Source of the DNA: Mobula birostris
Taxonomy: Eukaryota
Assembly (NCBI RefSeq): GCF_030028105.1
Contig: NC_092397.1
Span: 42,784,613-42,848,612, forward strand
Length of the DNA: 64,000 nt
Direction: 5' to 3'
Part shown: piece by piece, positions 1 to 12,990 of the stretch
Layout of the letters: each line of letters begins with the position of its first letter
How positions within the stretch are numbered: the stretch's first letter is position 1
Translations under genes and position numbers: made by a program
Notes under the pieces: generated by a model
Seen by the model: the letters and a program-made list of their open reading frames with translations, nothing else
The model's database searches: none
What the model was told of the DNA's origin: nothing

Positions 1-607
1 GAGATCAAGATAACCGAGGGGTGGTGTTGGGAGGCAGAGGAACGGTTACAGGATTGCCTTGAGTCAACAGGCTGAGCTGTGTTCAAGAACTGATCTCAGG
101 ACCTGAAGGACGACACCGGGGTCACTACAGACTTTACTAAAACAGCTGTGGAGGCGTGTGTCCCCATAAAATCATTCCGGGTTTTCCCAAATCAGTAGGC
201 CTGGATGAGCAATGAGATCCGGAACCTGCTGAGCGCCAGGTCAGAGGCATTCACGTCTGGAGATCAGGAATGCTACACGAGGTGCAGGTATGATCTCCGG
301 AAACCATCTCTCAGCAACGTGGAGATTCTGGACTAGACTGGAATAAAAGAGAGATGTTTGACAGCCGCGGCAGGGTTTGAATGTCAGAACCTCCTGCAAA
401 GGGAAATCTTGTGGTCAAAGGGGACAGCAGAGCTTCGCTTCCAGACGAGCTCAATGCCTTCTATGCTCACTTTGTCCACTAGAAGAGGGAGGAACCATCG
501 TGCACCCCCGTGTCTCCCGATGGTCATTTGGTCTCAGTATCTGAAGATGACGTGCAGGCTGCCTTCAAGAGAGTGAATCCAAGGAAAGCATCTGGTCTGG
601 ATGGAGT
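1..607 (+). mobile_element. Rex1/Babar-type LINE ORF fragment (degenerate), cut off by a CR1
   Basis: Frameshifted translation gives EAEERLQDCLES, FRVFPNQ*AWM, ASLPDELNAFYA and VSEDDVQAAFKRVNPRKASGLDG, typical of the Rex/Babar EN-RT linker. Confidence 0.7.
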
Positions 608-2745
608 CAAGGGTCTTACCATTAATACTATATGCTGTCATCATATTTGACCTACCAAAATGAACCACTTCACACTTAGCTGGGTTGAACTCCACCTGCC
701 ACTTCTCAGCCCAGTTTTGCATCCTATCAGTGTCCCGCTGTAACCTTTGACAGCCCTCCACACTATCCACAACACCCTCAACCTTTGTGTCATCAGCAAA
801 TTTACTAACCCATCCCTCCACTTCCTCATCCAGGTCATTTATAAAAATCACAAAAAGTAGGGGTCCCAGAACAGATCCCTGAGGCACACCACTGGTCACC
901 GACCTCCATGCAGAATATGACCCATTTACAACCACTCTTTGCCTTCTGTGGGCAAGCCAGTTCTGGATCCGCAAAACATTGTCCCCTTGGATCCCATGCC
1001 TCCTTACTTTCTCAATAAGCCTTGCATGGGGTACCTTATCAAATGCCTTGCTGAAATCCATATACACTACATCTACTGCTCTATCTTCATCAATGTGTTC
1101 AGTCACATCCGCAAAAAATTCAATCAGGCTCGTAAGGCACGACCTGCCCTTGACAAAGCTATGCTGACTATTCCTAATCATATTATACCTCTCCAAATGT
1201 TCATAAATCCTGCCTCTCACGACCTTCTTCATCAGCTTATCAACCACTGAAGTAAGGCTCACTGGTCTATAATTTCCGGAGCTATCTCTACTCCCTTTCT
1301 TGAATGAGGGAACAACCTCCGGAACCTCTCCTGTCCCCATTGATGATGCAAAGATCATTGCCAGAGGCTCAGCAATCTCTTCCCTCGCCTCCCGCAGTAT
1401 CCTGGGGTACATAGCCTCTGGTCCCGGCCTCTTATCCAACCTGATGCTTTCCAAAAGCTCCAGCATATCCACTTTCTTAATATCTACATGCTCAAGCTTT
1501 TCAGTCCGCTGCAAGTCATCATTACAATCACCGAGATCCTTTTCTATAGTGAATATTGAAGTAAAGTATTCATTAAGTACCTCTGCTATTTCCTCCGGTT
1601 CCATACACACTTTCCCACTGTCACACTTGATAGGTCCTATTCTTTCATGTCTTATCCTCTTGCTCTTCACATACTTGTAGAGTGCCTTGGGGTTTTCCTT
1701 AATCCTGCCTGCCAAGGCCTTCTCATGGCCCCTTCTGGCTCTACTAATTTCCTTCTTAAGCTCCTTCCTGTTAGCCTGACAATCTTCTAGATCTCTAACA
1801 GTACCTAGCTCTCTTAACCTTTTGTAAGCTTTTCTTTTCTTCTTGACTAGATTTACTACAGCCTTTGTACACCACGGTTCCTGTACCCTACCATAACTTC
1901 CCTGTCTCATTGGAACGTACCTATGCAGAACTTCACACGAATATCCCCTGAACATTTGCCACATTTCTTCTGTACCTTTCCCTGAGAACATCTGTTCCCA
2001 ATTTAAGCTTCCAAGTTTCTGCCTGATAGCCTCATAATTCCCCTTACTCCAATTAAACACTTTTCTAACTTGTCTGTTCCTATCTCTCCAATGCTATTGT
2101 AAAGGAAATAGAATTATGATCACTATCTCTAAAATGCTCTGCCGCTGAGAGAACTGACACCTGAAAGGGTTCATTTCCCAGTACCAAATCAAGTACAGTC
2201 TCTCCTCTTGTCGGCTTATCTACACATTGTGTCAAGAAACCTTCCTGAACACACCGAACAAACTCCACCCTATCTAAACCCCTTGCTTGGGGGAGATGCC
2301 AATCGATATTTAGGAAATTAAAATCTCCTACCATGACAACTCTGTTGTTATTACTCGTTTCCAGGATCTGTTTCCCTATCTGCTCCTCGATATCCCTGTT
2401 ACTATTGGGTGGCCTATGAAAACCACCCAGTAGAGTAATTGACCCCTTCCTGTTCCTAACCTTCACCCACAGAGACTCTGTAGACAATCCCTGCATGACG
2501 TCCTCCTTTTCTGCAGGCATGACACTATCTGTGATCAACATTGCCACGCCCCATCTCTTTTGTCTTCCTCTCTATCCTTCCTGAAACATCTAAAACCCGG
2601 CACTTGAAGTAACCATTCCTGTCCCTGAGCCATCCAAGTCTCTGTAATGGCCACCACATCATAGCTCCAAGTAGTGATACATGCTCTAAGCTCATCCGCT
2701 TTGTTCACAATACTCCTTGCGTTAAAATAGACACATCTCAAACCA

Positions 2746-3077
2746 CACATCAAAGTTGCTGGTGAACGCAGCAGGCCAGGCAGCATCTTTAGGAAGAGGT
2801 GCAGTCGACGTTTCAGGCCGAGACCCTTCGTCAGGACTAACTGAAGGAAGAGTGAGTAAGGGATTTGAAAGTTGGAGGGGGAGATCCAAAATGATACGAG
2901 AAGACAGGAGGGGGAGGGATAGAGCCAAGAGCTGGACAGGTGATAGGCAAAAGGGGATACGAGAGGATCATGGGACAGGAGGTCTGGGAAGAAAGACAAG
3001 CGGGGGAGGGGGACCCAGAGGATGGGCAAGAGGAAAATTCAGAGGGACAGAGGGAGAAAAAGGAGAGTGAGAGAAAG
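2746..3077 (-). mobile_element. Penelope-like element 3'/pLTR fragment inserted in CR1
   Basis: Interrupts CR1 just upstream of the EN domain; near-identical to 15045-15346; carries a hammerhead motif. Confidence 0.75.
2803..2838 (-). ncRNA. Minimal type I hammerhead ribozyme motif (Penelope-associated)
   Basis: Minus strand AGUC-CUGACGA-A-GGGUCUCGGCCU-GAAAC-GUC-GACU: stem I AGUC/GACU, CUGANGA and GAAA cores, GUC cleavage triplet. Confidence 0.7.
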
Positions 3078-5437
3078 TTGGTCTGAGCACATACCTTCTC
3101 TATCACTTGCCTGTCCTCCCTCACAAGCTTCCAAGCTTTCTCTATTTGTAAGCCAACCGCCTCTTCCCCAGTCTCTTCAGTTCCTTTCCCACCCCACAAC
3201 AGTTCTAGTTTAAACTCTCCGCAGTAGCAAACCTCCCCGCCAAGATATTGGTCCCCGTGGGATTCAAGTGCAACTCGTCCTTGTTGTACAGGTCACACCT
3301 GCCCCAAAAGAGGTCCCAATGATCCAGAAATCTGAATCCCTGCCCCCTGCTTCAATCCCTCAGCCACGCATTTATCCTCCAGCTCATTCTATTCCTATAC
3401 TCACTGTCACGTGGCACAGGCAGTAATCCCGAGATTACTACCTTTGCTCTCCTGCTTCTCAACTTCCTTACTAACTCCCTGTAGTCTGTTTTCAGGACCT
3501 CTTCCCTTTTCCGACCTATGTCAGTGGTACCAATATGTACCACGACCTCTGGCTGTTCTCCATTCCACTGCAGGATACTTTGGACGCGATCTGAAACTTC
3601 CCGGACCCTGGCATCTGGGAGGCAAACTATCATTCGTGTTTCTTTCCTGCATTCACAGAGTGCCTAACTAAAGAGTCCCCCATCACTACGGCCTTTCTCT
3701 TCCTTTCCCTACCCTTCTGAGCCACAGGGCTGGGCTCTGTGTCAGAGGCACGGCCACTGTTGCTTCCCCCAGGTAGGCTATATCCCCCCTCCCCCCCAAC
3801 AGTACTCAAACAGGAGTGCTTATTGTTCAGGGGGACAGCCACAGGGCTACTGTCTGGTACCTGACTCTTCCCCTTCCCTCTCCTGACTGTTAACCACTTG
3901 TCTGTCTGCTGTGGTCCCGGTGTGATCACCCTTCTATTACCTCCTCGCTGTCCCTGACCAGACGAAGGTCAACGAGCTGCAACTCCCGTTCCCTAACGCG
4001 GTCCCTTAGGAGCCACAGCTCAACAGACCGTGTGCGGATATTGCCATCCAGGAGGCTGGGAGACTTCAGAACTTTCAACATCTGACACCGAGCACAGAAC
4101 ACCGGCCTCACACACATACTTCCTCGCCGCAATTAACGCAGGTAAACCTACCTTGCCTCATTACCACCTAAACCAGTTGTGCCAAAGCCCTCTCACTCTG
4201 CTGCCCACTGGATATGGCGGTCTTATTTTTAAACCTTTTCCCACTCTACTGGCTGATGTCACGTGCCTGTGCAGTCTTGCCTCTCTTTACTCCGAGTAAT
4301 AAAATACCTTCGGTCCGGAAATCCTGAGCCGTACCACTCACAGCCTTCTTGCTTTTCCTCATTCTCTTTAAACCACACATTTCTTTCGTTAAACTTTTGT
4401 TGCACACACCTCATAATTGTCTGCATTAAATTCCATCTGCCATTTTAACAACTGGACAACATCCCATGTCAATATTTGCTCGCCTTTCTTGCTGTCCACT
4501 GCACCCCTAATCTTGGTGTTATCTGCAAATGTTCCCTGTAATGTTGGAGAATGAGTGCTGATATTGCAGAGGTGTGTAAAATCATCAGGGACCTGGAGGC
4601 AGGTCAGTAAATGGAATGAGTTGCTATGGGGAGTGGTTGAGTCAGGTACATTAAAAAGGTACTTGGACAGGTAGATGGAAAGGAAAGGTTTTGAGGACAT
4701 GGGCCAAATGCAGAGAACTGGGACAAGGAGGAGGATAGCCTTGTTCATAATGTGGTGGTGAAGGGGTTACAGACCACAAGCTCAGATCGGAACTTTGGTC
4801 ATTGTGGAATCTGTGTGAATCTGACTGTAGACCCTGTTGAGTTAGTTCAGTGGCATTAAACTTTTCCAAACGACTTGCTATTTCTTCATAGATTATAGAC
4901 TCCAGTAGCTGAAGTGAAGTTAACGGGACTACAGTTACCTGCTTTTCATCTTCCACTCTTCTTCAACAATGGTTTTCAACTCCACTGGGACCTTTCTGTA
5001 ACAGTGAGTTTTGATAAACTTCAGTGTCTCTACTTTCTCTCCAGACTTCCTGTGAAACCCTCCAGTGCAGGTTGCTAGGACCTGGTAAAGTTTGCTTTTA
5101 GTCCCATTAGTTTCTCCCTTGTGATGGCAATCATTATGGCACAATGTTGAAATGTCACCGTTAGATATCTGTGGGATGTTTGCTGTGACCCACTGTGCAC
5201 ACTAATGCAAATTATTGAGTTAACTTCTCTGCGTGTTCCTTGTTACTTTTAGCTTCTATCTCATCACTGGTTCCGAGAAATTCCTGATTCTCTTGACTAC
5301 CACCAGCCCTTGCCTCTTTGTATGTTCTTTGATTTAATATTTCCTTGAATGCCTTTGGTCACACCTCAGGATCTTGAGGCCACTCCTACCCATGTCTTCT
5401 TTCCCTCCCCCTTTCACCATCACTGTCCCTACATGTA

Positions 5438-7030
5438 AAGTGCCAATGAAAAGTATTCATGCCCCTTGGAAGTTTTCATGTTTTATTGGTTTACAGCATT
5501 GAATCTCAGTGGATTGAATTTGGCTTTTTTTGAAACTAATCAATGGAAAAAGACTCTTTCGGGTCAAAGTGAAAACAAATCTCTACAAAATGCTCTCAAC
5601 TAATTACAAATCTAAAACACAAAATAATTGTCTGTTTAAGTATTCACCCCCTTTAATATGACACACCAAATCATCACTGGTGCAGCCAATTAGTTTTCGA
5701 AGTTACATAATCAGTTAAATGGAGATGACCGTGTGCAGTCAAGGTGTTTCAATTGATTGTAGTAATAGTACACCTGTAGGTGGAAGGTCCAACTGCTGGT
5801 GAGTCAGTATCCTGGGAGAAACTACACCGTGAAGACAAATCAACACTCCGAGCTGCTCTGCAAAAAGGTAATTGAAAAACACAAGCCAGGAGATGGATAC
5901 AAGAACATTTCCAAGTCACTGAATGCCCTTGGAGTATAGTTAAGTCACTCATCCAGAAGTATGAAGAATATGGCACAGCTGTAAATCTGCCAAGAGCAGG
6001 CTATCCTCAGAAACTGTGCGGCCATGCAAGAAGGGGCCAGTGGGGGAGGCCACCAAGAGACCTATGATAACTCTAGAGGAGTTACAAGCTTCAGTGCTGG
6101 GAGAGATTGTGCATACATCAACTGTTGCCCGGGTGTTTCACCAGTCGCAGCTTTATGGGAGAGTGGCAGAGAAAAAGCCACTGTTGAAAAATGCTCTCAT
6201 GAAATCTTGCCTGGAGCTTGCCAGAATTGTGGGGGACTCCGAAGTTAGTTGGACGAAGATTCTATGGTCTGATGAAAACAAAATTGAATTTTTTGACCAT
6301 GACAAACACTGAGTTTGGAATAAGCCAAACACCACACATCATCAAAAACACACCATCCCTACCGTGAAGTGTGGTGGAGGCTGCATCATCCTGCGGGTGT
6401 GCTTCACTGCAGCAGGCCCTGAAAGGCACATAAAGGTAGAGGGTAAAATGAATGCAGCAAAATACAGGGAAATCCTGGAGGAAAACCTAATTCAGTCATC
6501 AAGTGAACTGTGACTTTGGAGAAAATTAATTTTCCAGCAAGACAATGACTGCAAGCATAAAACCGAAGCTGCACAGGAATGCCTTAAAACAACAAAGTTA
6601 ATGTCCTGGAGTGGCTTTGTGAGAGTCCAGACCTCAATCCAATTGAGAATTTGTGGCTGGACTTGAAAAGATCTGTTCACTCACCAACCCATGCATTCTG
6701 ACAGAGCTTCAGCGGTTTTGTAAAGAAGAATGGGGGAAATTGCAGTGTTCAGATGTGCAAAGCTGATAGACACCTATCCACACAGACTCAACCGTAGATA
6801 CTGTCAAAGGTGCACCAACTAATTACTGATTTGAAGGAGGTGAATGCAAAGGCAATGAATTATTTTGTTTCATATTTACAATTAATTTAGATCACTTTGT
6901 AGAGATCTGCTTTCACTGTGACACCGTAGTCTTTTCTGTTGATCAGTGTCAAAAAAGCCAAATTAAATCCATTGCAGAACAATAAAACATAATAACTTCT
7001 AAGGAGACTGAACATTTTTTATAGGCACTG
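5438..7030 (+). mobile_element. Tc1/mariner DNA transposon (long IR/DR-type TIRs), decayed transposase
   Basis: TA-(a)agtgcc...ggcactg-TA ends, about 200-bp imperfect TIRs, transposase motifs LWSDENK, QQDND, SPDLNPIENLW broken by stops and frameshifts. Confidence 0.9.
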
Positions 7031-7249
7031 TATCCACTCCTTCACCAGCACGTTGTGAACAAATCCATCCTGCTCCTTTCCATTTTGCTGATTCTGTGTG
7101 GAACATTGAATATAGTGGAATGTCGAATTCTCAGTCCCAGTCTCCGTACCCATGTCCCTGCAATAGCTGTTAGATCAAACATGTTCATCAGTACACAATA
7201 TGGAACAGATGGCAACCTGCCCTTCGGACCACAATATCTGTGCCAATCA

Positions 7250-9660
7250 TAATAATGATCAGACTTTATAAAGTACTGGGGAGGTCTCACTGGAGTATCT
7301 TGAGCAGATTTGGGCCCTTTTTCTCATGAAGGATGGGCTGAAACTGGATTGCTTTCAAAGGAAGTTCTCCAGATTTATTGCAGGATGAAACAGGTTGCTA
7401 CATGAAGAGTGTTTGATGGCTCTGGGCCTGTGTTCATTGGAATTTTTGAACAATGAGGGGTGGCCCAATTGAAACCTATCGAAGTGTGAAAGGCAATGAT
7501 AAAGTGGATGTGCAGAAGATGGGAGTGTCTAATATTAGAGGACACAGCCTCAGAATACAGGAGCAGAATGTGGAGAATGAGGAATTTCTTTAGCCAGAGA
7601 GCGGTGAATCTGTGGAATTCATTGCCAAAGGAAGCTGTTAAGCCAGGACTTTATGTATATTTAAGGCAGAGGTTGATATATTCTTGATTGGTCAGAGTAT
7701 GAAGGGATACAAGGGAAAGGCGGGAGACTGGGGCTGAGAGGAAAAATGGATCAGCCATAATGAAATGTCGGAGCAGATTTGATGGACCAAATGGTCTAAT
7801 TCTGCTCCTATATCTTAGTCTGTATCACCTCCTCAAAAACCTCAATCAATTTTATCATGCGTGATCTGCCCACACAAAACCATGTTGATTGTCCCTAAGC
7901 AGGCCATGCCTTTCTGAACGTGCATAAATCCTGTGCCTCAATATTCTCCCCAGTAGCTTCTCTACCACTGAAATGAGGCTGCCTTGCCTATAGATTCCTG
8001 GATTCTTGTTATTTCCCTTCTTGATCAAAGCTGCAACATTTGCGACACTCCAGTCCTGAGGGATCTCACATGTTGTGATCGAGGACACATAGATCCTTGT
8101 CAAATCCCCAGCAATCTGCTCACTTGTTTCTTTCACTATTGCAGGATATATGCCTTCAGGCCTGGAGGTTTATCCATCTTATTGCTTCTCAGACGTCCCA
8201 GCACAGCTTCCTTCTTAATCTCAACACGTCTCTGCACATTAGCATGTCTCACTCTGTTTTCATTGTCATTCAATTCCTTCTTCTCAGTAAATACTGACAC
8301 AACATACTCATTTAGTACCTCAGCCACTTGGTCTGACTTCAACCACATCATTCCTCCTTTAACCTTGAGTCGACCTTTCCATTCTCTGGTTATCCTCGCC
8401 TCATTAATACAAATCACAAGGCCTTGGGATCATCTTTGGTCCCACTCCACAAGGACAGTTTGTGGCCCCATCTGGCCTTTCCTATCATCTGCTTTAGCAT
8501 TTCCCTGCTATCTTTATATTCCAAAGGTACCCAGTCTGACTTTAGCTTCACAAACCTTCCATATCCTTCTGACTAAATTTAGTATCTCTCTGCTCATCCG
8601 AAGTTCCCTTACTTACCATCCTTCTCCTCACTCCTCACTGGAACATGCTGATCCTGAACTCAGAGTTGCTGGTCTTTAAACAACTCCCACGTCAGATGTG
8701 GACTTGTCTGACAGTGGCTGCTCCCAATCAATGTCCCTTGGTTCCTGTCTTCTTCCGTCCTGACTTGCCCTCCTGCAATTTAGTACCTTCATACAAGATT
8801 TAATTTTATTCTTACTCATAACTTTAAATAAAGTTGTGATCACTGTTCCCAAAATGTTCGCTGACTGTTGGCTGTCAGCTGGCCTGGCTCATTTCCCAAA
8901 ACTAATTCCCGTCTGTTCTCAGCTCTGGTTGGGCCCTGTACATAAGGTTTCAAACACTCCTCGGATTCACTGAACAAATTTTGTGCATTTGAGCAAGATC
9001 CAGTCATTTGCAGGGAAGATGAAGTCCCTCACTATGACAACCCAGTTGTTCTGCACCTCTCCATAAGCATCAACATATCCGATCCTCCACCTGCCTGTGG
9101 TTATTGGGGGCCAATACTATAATCCCATCACTGTAACTGCAGATTGCCTCTGTAAATGAGCCTTCCAGTTTACTGTGACATTCCCAGTGGGGTAACCTCT
9201 GCATCTTTTACCCCCCCCCACATGTTAAACAATCAAACCCAGGAATGTTGAGCTGCCGGCCCTGTCCCTCTGCTAACGTAACACTCGTAGTGTTGAAATA
9301 AACTCATTTCAGCCCATCAGTCCCACCATGTTTATTAGCCTGACATTGGCCCCCGTTCTTTTCAGACTGTCTTGTCAAACATACTTTCTCCCACTTGCTG
9401 CTCGAGTTCAAACTCTGCCAAATGGCATCAAACTTCCTGGCGAAGATATTGGTTCCCGTCCGGTTCAAATGCAAATGGTCTTGTTTGTCCCGGTCTCCCA
9501 CCTGCCTGGAAGAGAGCCCATTGATCCATGAAGACCTCCCTCCCGCATCAGTTCCTCAGCAACAAATTAAACTGCATAAAATATCGATTTCCCACCCCAC
9601 AGCCACATGCTTTGCGTCGTAATACAATCCTGGAAGTCCTGATTTTTTTAACCTTGTTCC
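7250..9660. mobile_element. Mosaic of old CR1 fragments (RT 3' end on +; RT/EN/ORF1 remnants on -)
   Basis: MRNFFSQRAVNLWNSLP (+); WSVANVAALIKKG..NPGIYR..LISVVEKLL and HLHLNRTGTNI (-). Confidence 0.7.
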
Positions 9661-10089
9661 CGAAAATCACTGTGCAGGAACTCATCCCTGCTCGTTTAAA
9701 CCCTTCCGTGTAGCACGAAGAAGGCTCCCCGGAAACATATTGGCTCCCCTCCTCTCCTCCCCGTCTCTTGTTTCCCTTGAGACCCAATGATCCTGTACCT
9801 GAAGACCCACCCACCTCACACCAGCTCCTCAGCCACCCCTTTTCCTGGGCTTTAGAAGACGCCAAAAGCGCGGTCTATATATCTGGTTATGTATCCTGTT
9901 CCAGTATGTGACCGGTCTTTCATTTCCCGGGCGATCCAGAGGAGCAATTGTTCTACTGAATCAACCCTCTCATCACTGGAAGTGACTGCACCCTCGCCCA
10001 CCAACTGCTGTGTGTGAGGGCGCTCGCACTGGTCATGGGGCCGGGGAGGGACAGACCGAGGTCCTCGGGGATTTGTAGAATGGAAAAGT

Positions 10090-10334
10090 ACTTCCTATAA
10101 TTTAAAGCAGCAGAATCGGCAAATTCCCAGAAATCCTCCAGTATGTACGTGGTGTGTGAAGGAGTTTTGTTTTTCGCTGGAGCGCTTTGTGTCGGATGAA
10201 TCGTTGGAAATTGGCGGTTGTGGTAAAGTGAAGGCGGAGCTGGACGATGAGAGGCCGGTCTCGGCTCTGTCCGTCACTCTGACTCTGTCTCCTCCCCTCC
10301 CCGCCTCTGTCTCTCTGCGCGTTTCTCGGGCAGG
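10090..10334 (+). promoter_or_regulatory. Chimeric orphan H4 promoter, with no TATA or H4 coding sequence following
   Basis: Matches the H4 upstream regions 27730-27974 and revcomp 55605-55845 up to tttctcgggcagg, then switches to sequence matching revcomp of about 54300-54520. Confidence 0.8.
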
Positions 10335-10699
10335 AGAAGTGGCAGAGGATTGGAGGATGGGTCATATTATCCAGTAACTTACAATCGAAGGAAAACTAAA
10401 TACAGGAAACTGCAGATGCTGATGGAGGGTCTCGGCCCGAAACGCCGGCTGTTTGTTCGCTGCCTGGCCTGCTGAGTTCCTCCAGCATTGTGTGTGTGTC
10501 GCTGCAAGGAAAAGCCCGGGAGCTTCAGACTGGTGAGACTCGTGTCTGGAAGGAGAGATCACGTGATCCAGGGCACTGGATACATTATCGGCCTGGTGGT
10601 GGGAGACAAAGTCATTGTTTAGACTGCAGCCCTGTGATCAATAGTGTGGCACCGGGATTCGAGTCAAGTCTGCTGCTGCAGTTCATTTATTAAAGACTC

Positions 10700-12990
10700 G
10701 GTTGACAGTGTCAGTGACCAGCTCAGCAAATTTGCCGATGTCACTAAAGTTGGTGATATCGTTGAGTGCGAAACAATGTAACTAACTTTACAACAGGACG
10801 GTGATCAATGAGGTCACTGATTTGAGGAATGACAGATAAATGTGAGATGTTCCATTGTCATTGACGAACCAGGGCAGAACTGCCGTGGGGAGTGGTCGGT
10901 CCCTGGGTGTGCTGTAAAACAGAGATATCGGGGTGCGGATATCGAATTCCTTCAGAGTGTAAACACAGCTAGGCAGGACGGTGAAGAAGCTGTTCGCCAC
11001 ACTCGCATTCATCGGTCAGAGTATCGGGCACTGGGCTGTGACGTCACATTACAGCTCTACCAGCCTCGGGGAAACTACTCTTGGAGCACGGAGTACAGTT
11101 ATAGTTGCCCTGGGATCAGAGGGTGACATTAAACTGGGGAGGGTGCAAAAGGGATTTAACAGGAGGCTGGATAGGCCAGGACCTTTCTCACCAGAGTGTA
11201 TGTGACATTAGAGAGCCTGATAAAATAATGGCAGACATTGATATGGTCAATAGTGAATCTGTTATCTCCAGGGTTATGGAGTTGGAAGTGAGAGATTACA
11301 GATATAAAGTGAGAGAGGAAAGATTTAAATGGGACCTTGAGGAACAGGTTTTGTATACAGAATGTGCTGTTTACATGGAACAAACTACCCCAAGTGGTGG
11401 TATAGGTGGGCACAGTTGCAATATCTCTTGGACTGTGGAGAGGGAAGTTTCACAGGGACATGGGCCAAATGCAGGTAACTGACAATGGTTTTGTTAGGCC
11501 ACTTGGTCAGCATGGATATACTGGGCTGAAGGGCCTGTTTCTGTGCTGCATAACTCAGTGACTCCTGCAGAACGGGAGGGATAGTGTCAGTAGTGAGAAG
11601 GTTTGGGGGATGCAGACAGGAGAGTGAATGGTTAAGGATGTTGCAGATGGAACAGAATGTGGGGAAATGTGAGATCACCCATTCCCAGGAAAAAACTATA
11701 AGAGTCATTTCCACACGGTGATGTTCAGAGGGACCTGGGCGTTCTTGTAAACAGATCACTTGAGTTAACATGCAGATACAACAAGTAATGAGATAGGGAA
11801 ACAGTATTTTGTCCTGTGATCCGGGAGGAGTGGAGAAGAGGGTACAGATGTCTCACTGGGATTGTATTGGGCCCTGGTGAGAGCACATCTTGAATATAGT
11901 GTCCAGGTTTGGTCACACTTCCTCAGGAAGGATATCCCTGCAATAGAGGGTGTGCAGTGACTGTTCCCCACACCGACTGGGCTGGTTCCATGGATGGAAG
12001 GTTGGTTATGTAAGAGGAGAGTGAGTGGGTTGGGTCTGCATTCCCTGCAATTAATGAGAAAATGAGGAAATCTGTTAGATTCTTTCAGGATGTGACAGGC
12101 AGGTGGCAAGGAGAATGTTTCCCCTGAATGAGAACTCCATAACTGAGGAAAATACCCTCAGAGAGGTGTAAATCACAAACACGAGAGAATCTGCTGATGC
12201 TGGAAATCGAAAGCAACACACAGAAAATGCTGGAGGAACTCAGCAGAACAGAAAGAGTAAACAGTCGACACTTCAGGCCAAGACCCTTCCATCAGATCTC
12301 AGCGTGAAGGTGCTCAGCCTGAAGCATCAACTCATTCCCTTTCCCATTAATGCTGCCTGGCCTGCTGACTTCCTCCAGCATTTTGTGTCTGTTGCTCAGA
12401 ATGAGGTGACAAGCATTCAGGATGGAAATGAGATGATATTTCTTTAATCAAAGAACAAAGACCTTCTGTATTCCTTATATAAGTAATGTGGAGCCTCAGG
12501 TGCTGGGTTGAGTCAAAGCTGAGATCAACGCTCTCTGGGAGAGTTTTAGTCATAAGATATAGGAGCAGAATTCGGCCACTTTGCCTGTCGAGCCTTCTCT
12601 GGCATTTCATCATCACTGATCAATTTTTCCTCTGAGCCCCAATCTTCTGCCTTCCTTTGTATCCCTTTGTGCCCTGATTAATCAAGAATCTATCAATCTC
12701 TGTCTATACTGAGTGATTTGGCCTCCACAGCTGCCTGTGGCAAAAAAAATCACAGATTCACCACTCTCTGGCTGAAGAAATTCCTCCTTCTCTACATTCT
12801 AAAAGGATGCCCCTCTATTTTGAAGCTGTGTGGTCCAGTTTTAGACACTCCCATCACAGTTAAAACCCTCTCCACATTCACTCAATCAAGCCCTTTCACT
12901 ATTTGATAGGTTTCAATTTGGTAACCCTTCTTTCTGCTAAGTTTCAGTGAATAGAGGCCCAGAGCCGTGAAACTCTCTTCAGTAGACGAG
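10700..12990. mobile_element. Decayed CR1 3' fragments and a Penelope-derived palindromic short element (12175-12400)
   Basis: SKFADVTKVG-like, HLEYSVQVWS and RRNFFSQRVVNL remnants; gatgctggaaat/ctggaggaactcagc termini in inverted arrangement. Confidence 0.6.

Larger units (their letters stand above)
608..4260 (-). mobile_element. CR1 LINE, near full length but 3'-truncated and decayed: ORF1 (SGNH/GDSL esterase), APE endonuclease, RT
   Basis: ORF1 GDSLVR and VVVHIGTTDIG (3352-3929); EN YFNARSIVNK..ITETW, GDFN, SDHN (2080-2745); RT 534-2060 with YRPVSLTS, DFSKAFD, GVPQGSVLGP, KFADD. Confidence 0.92.
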
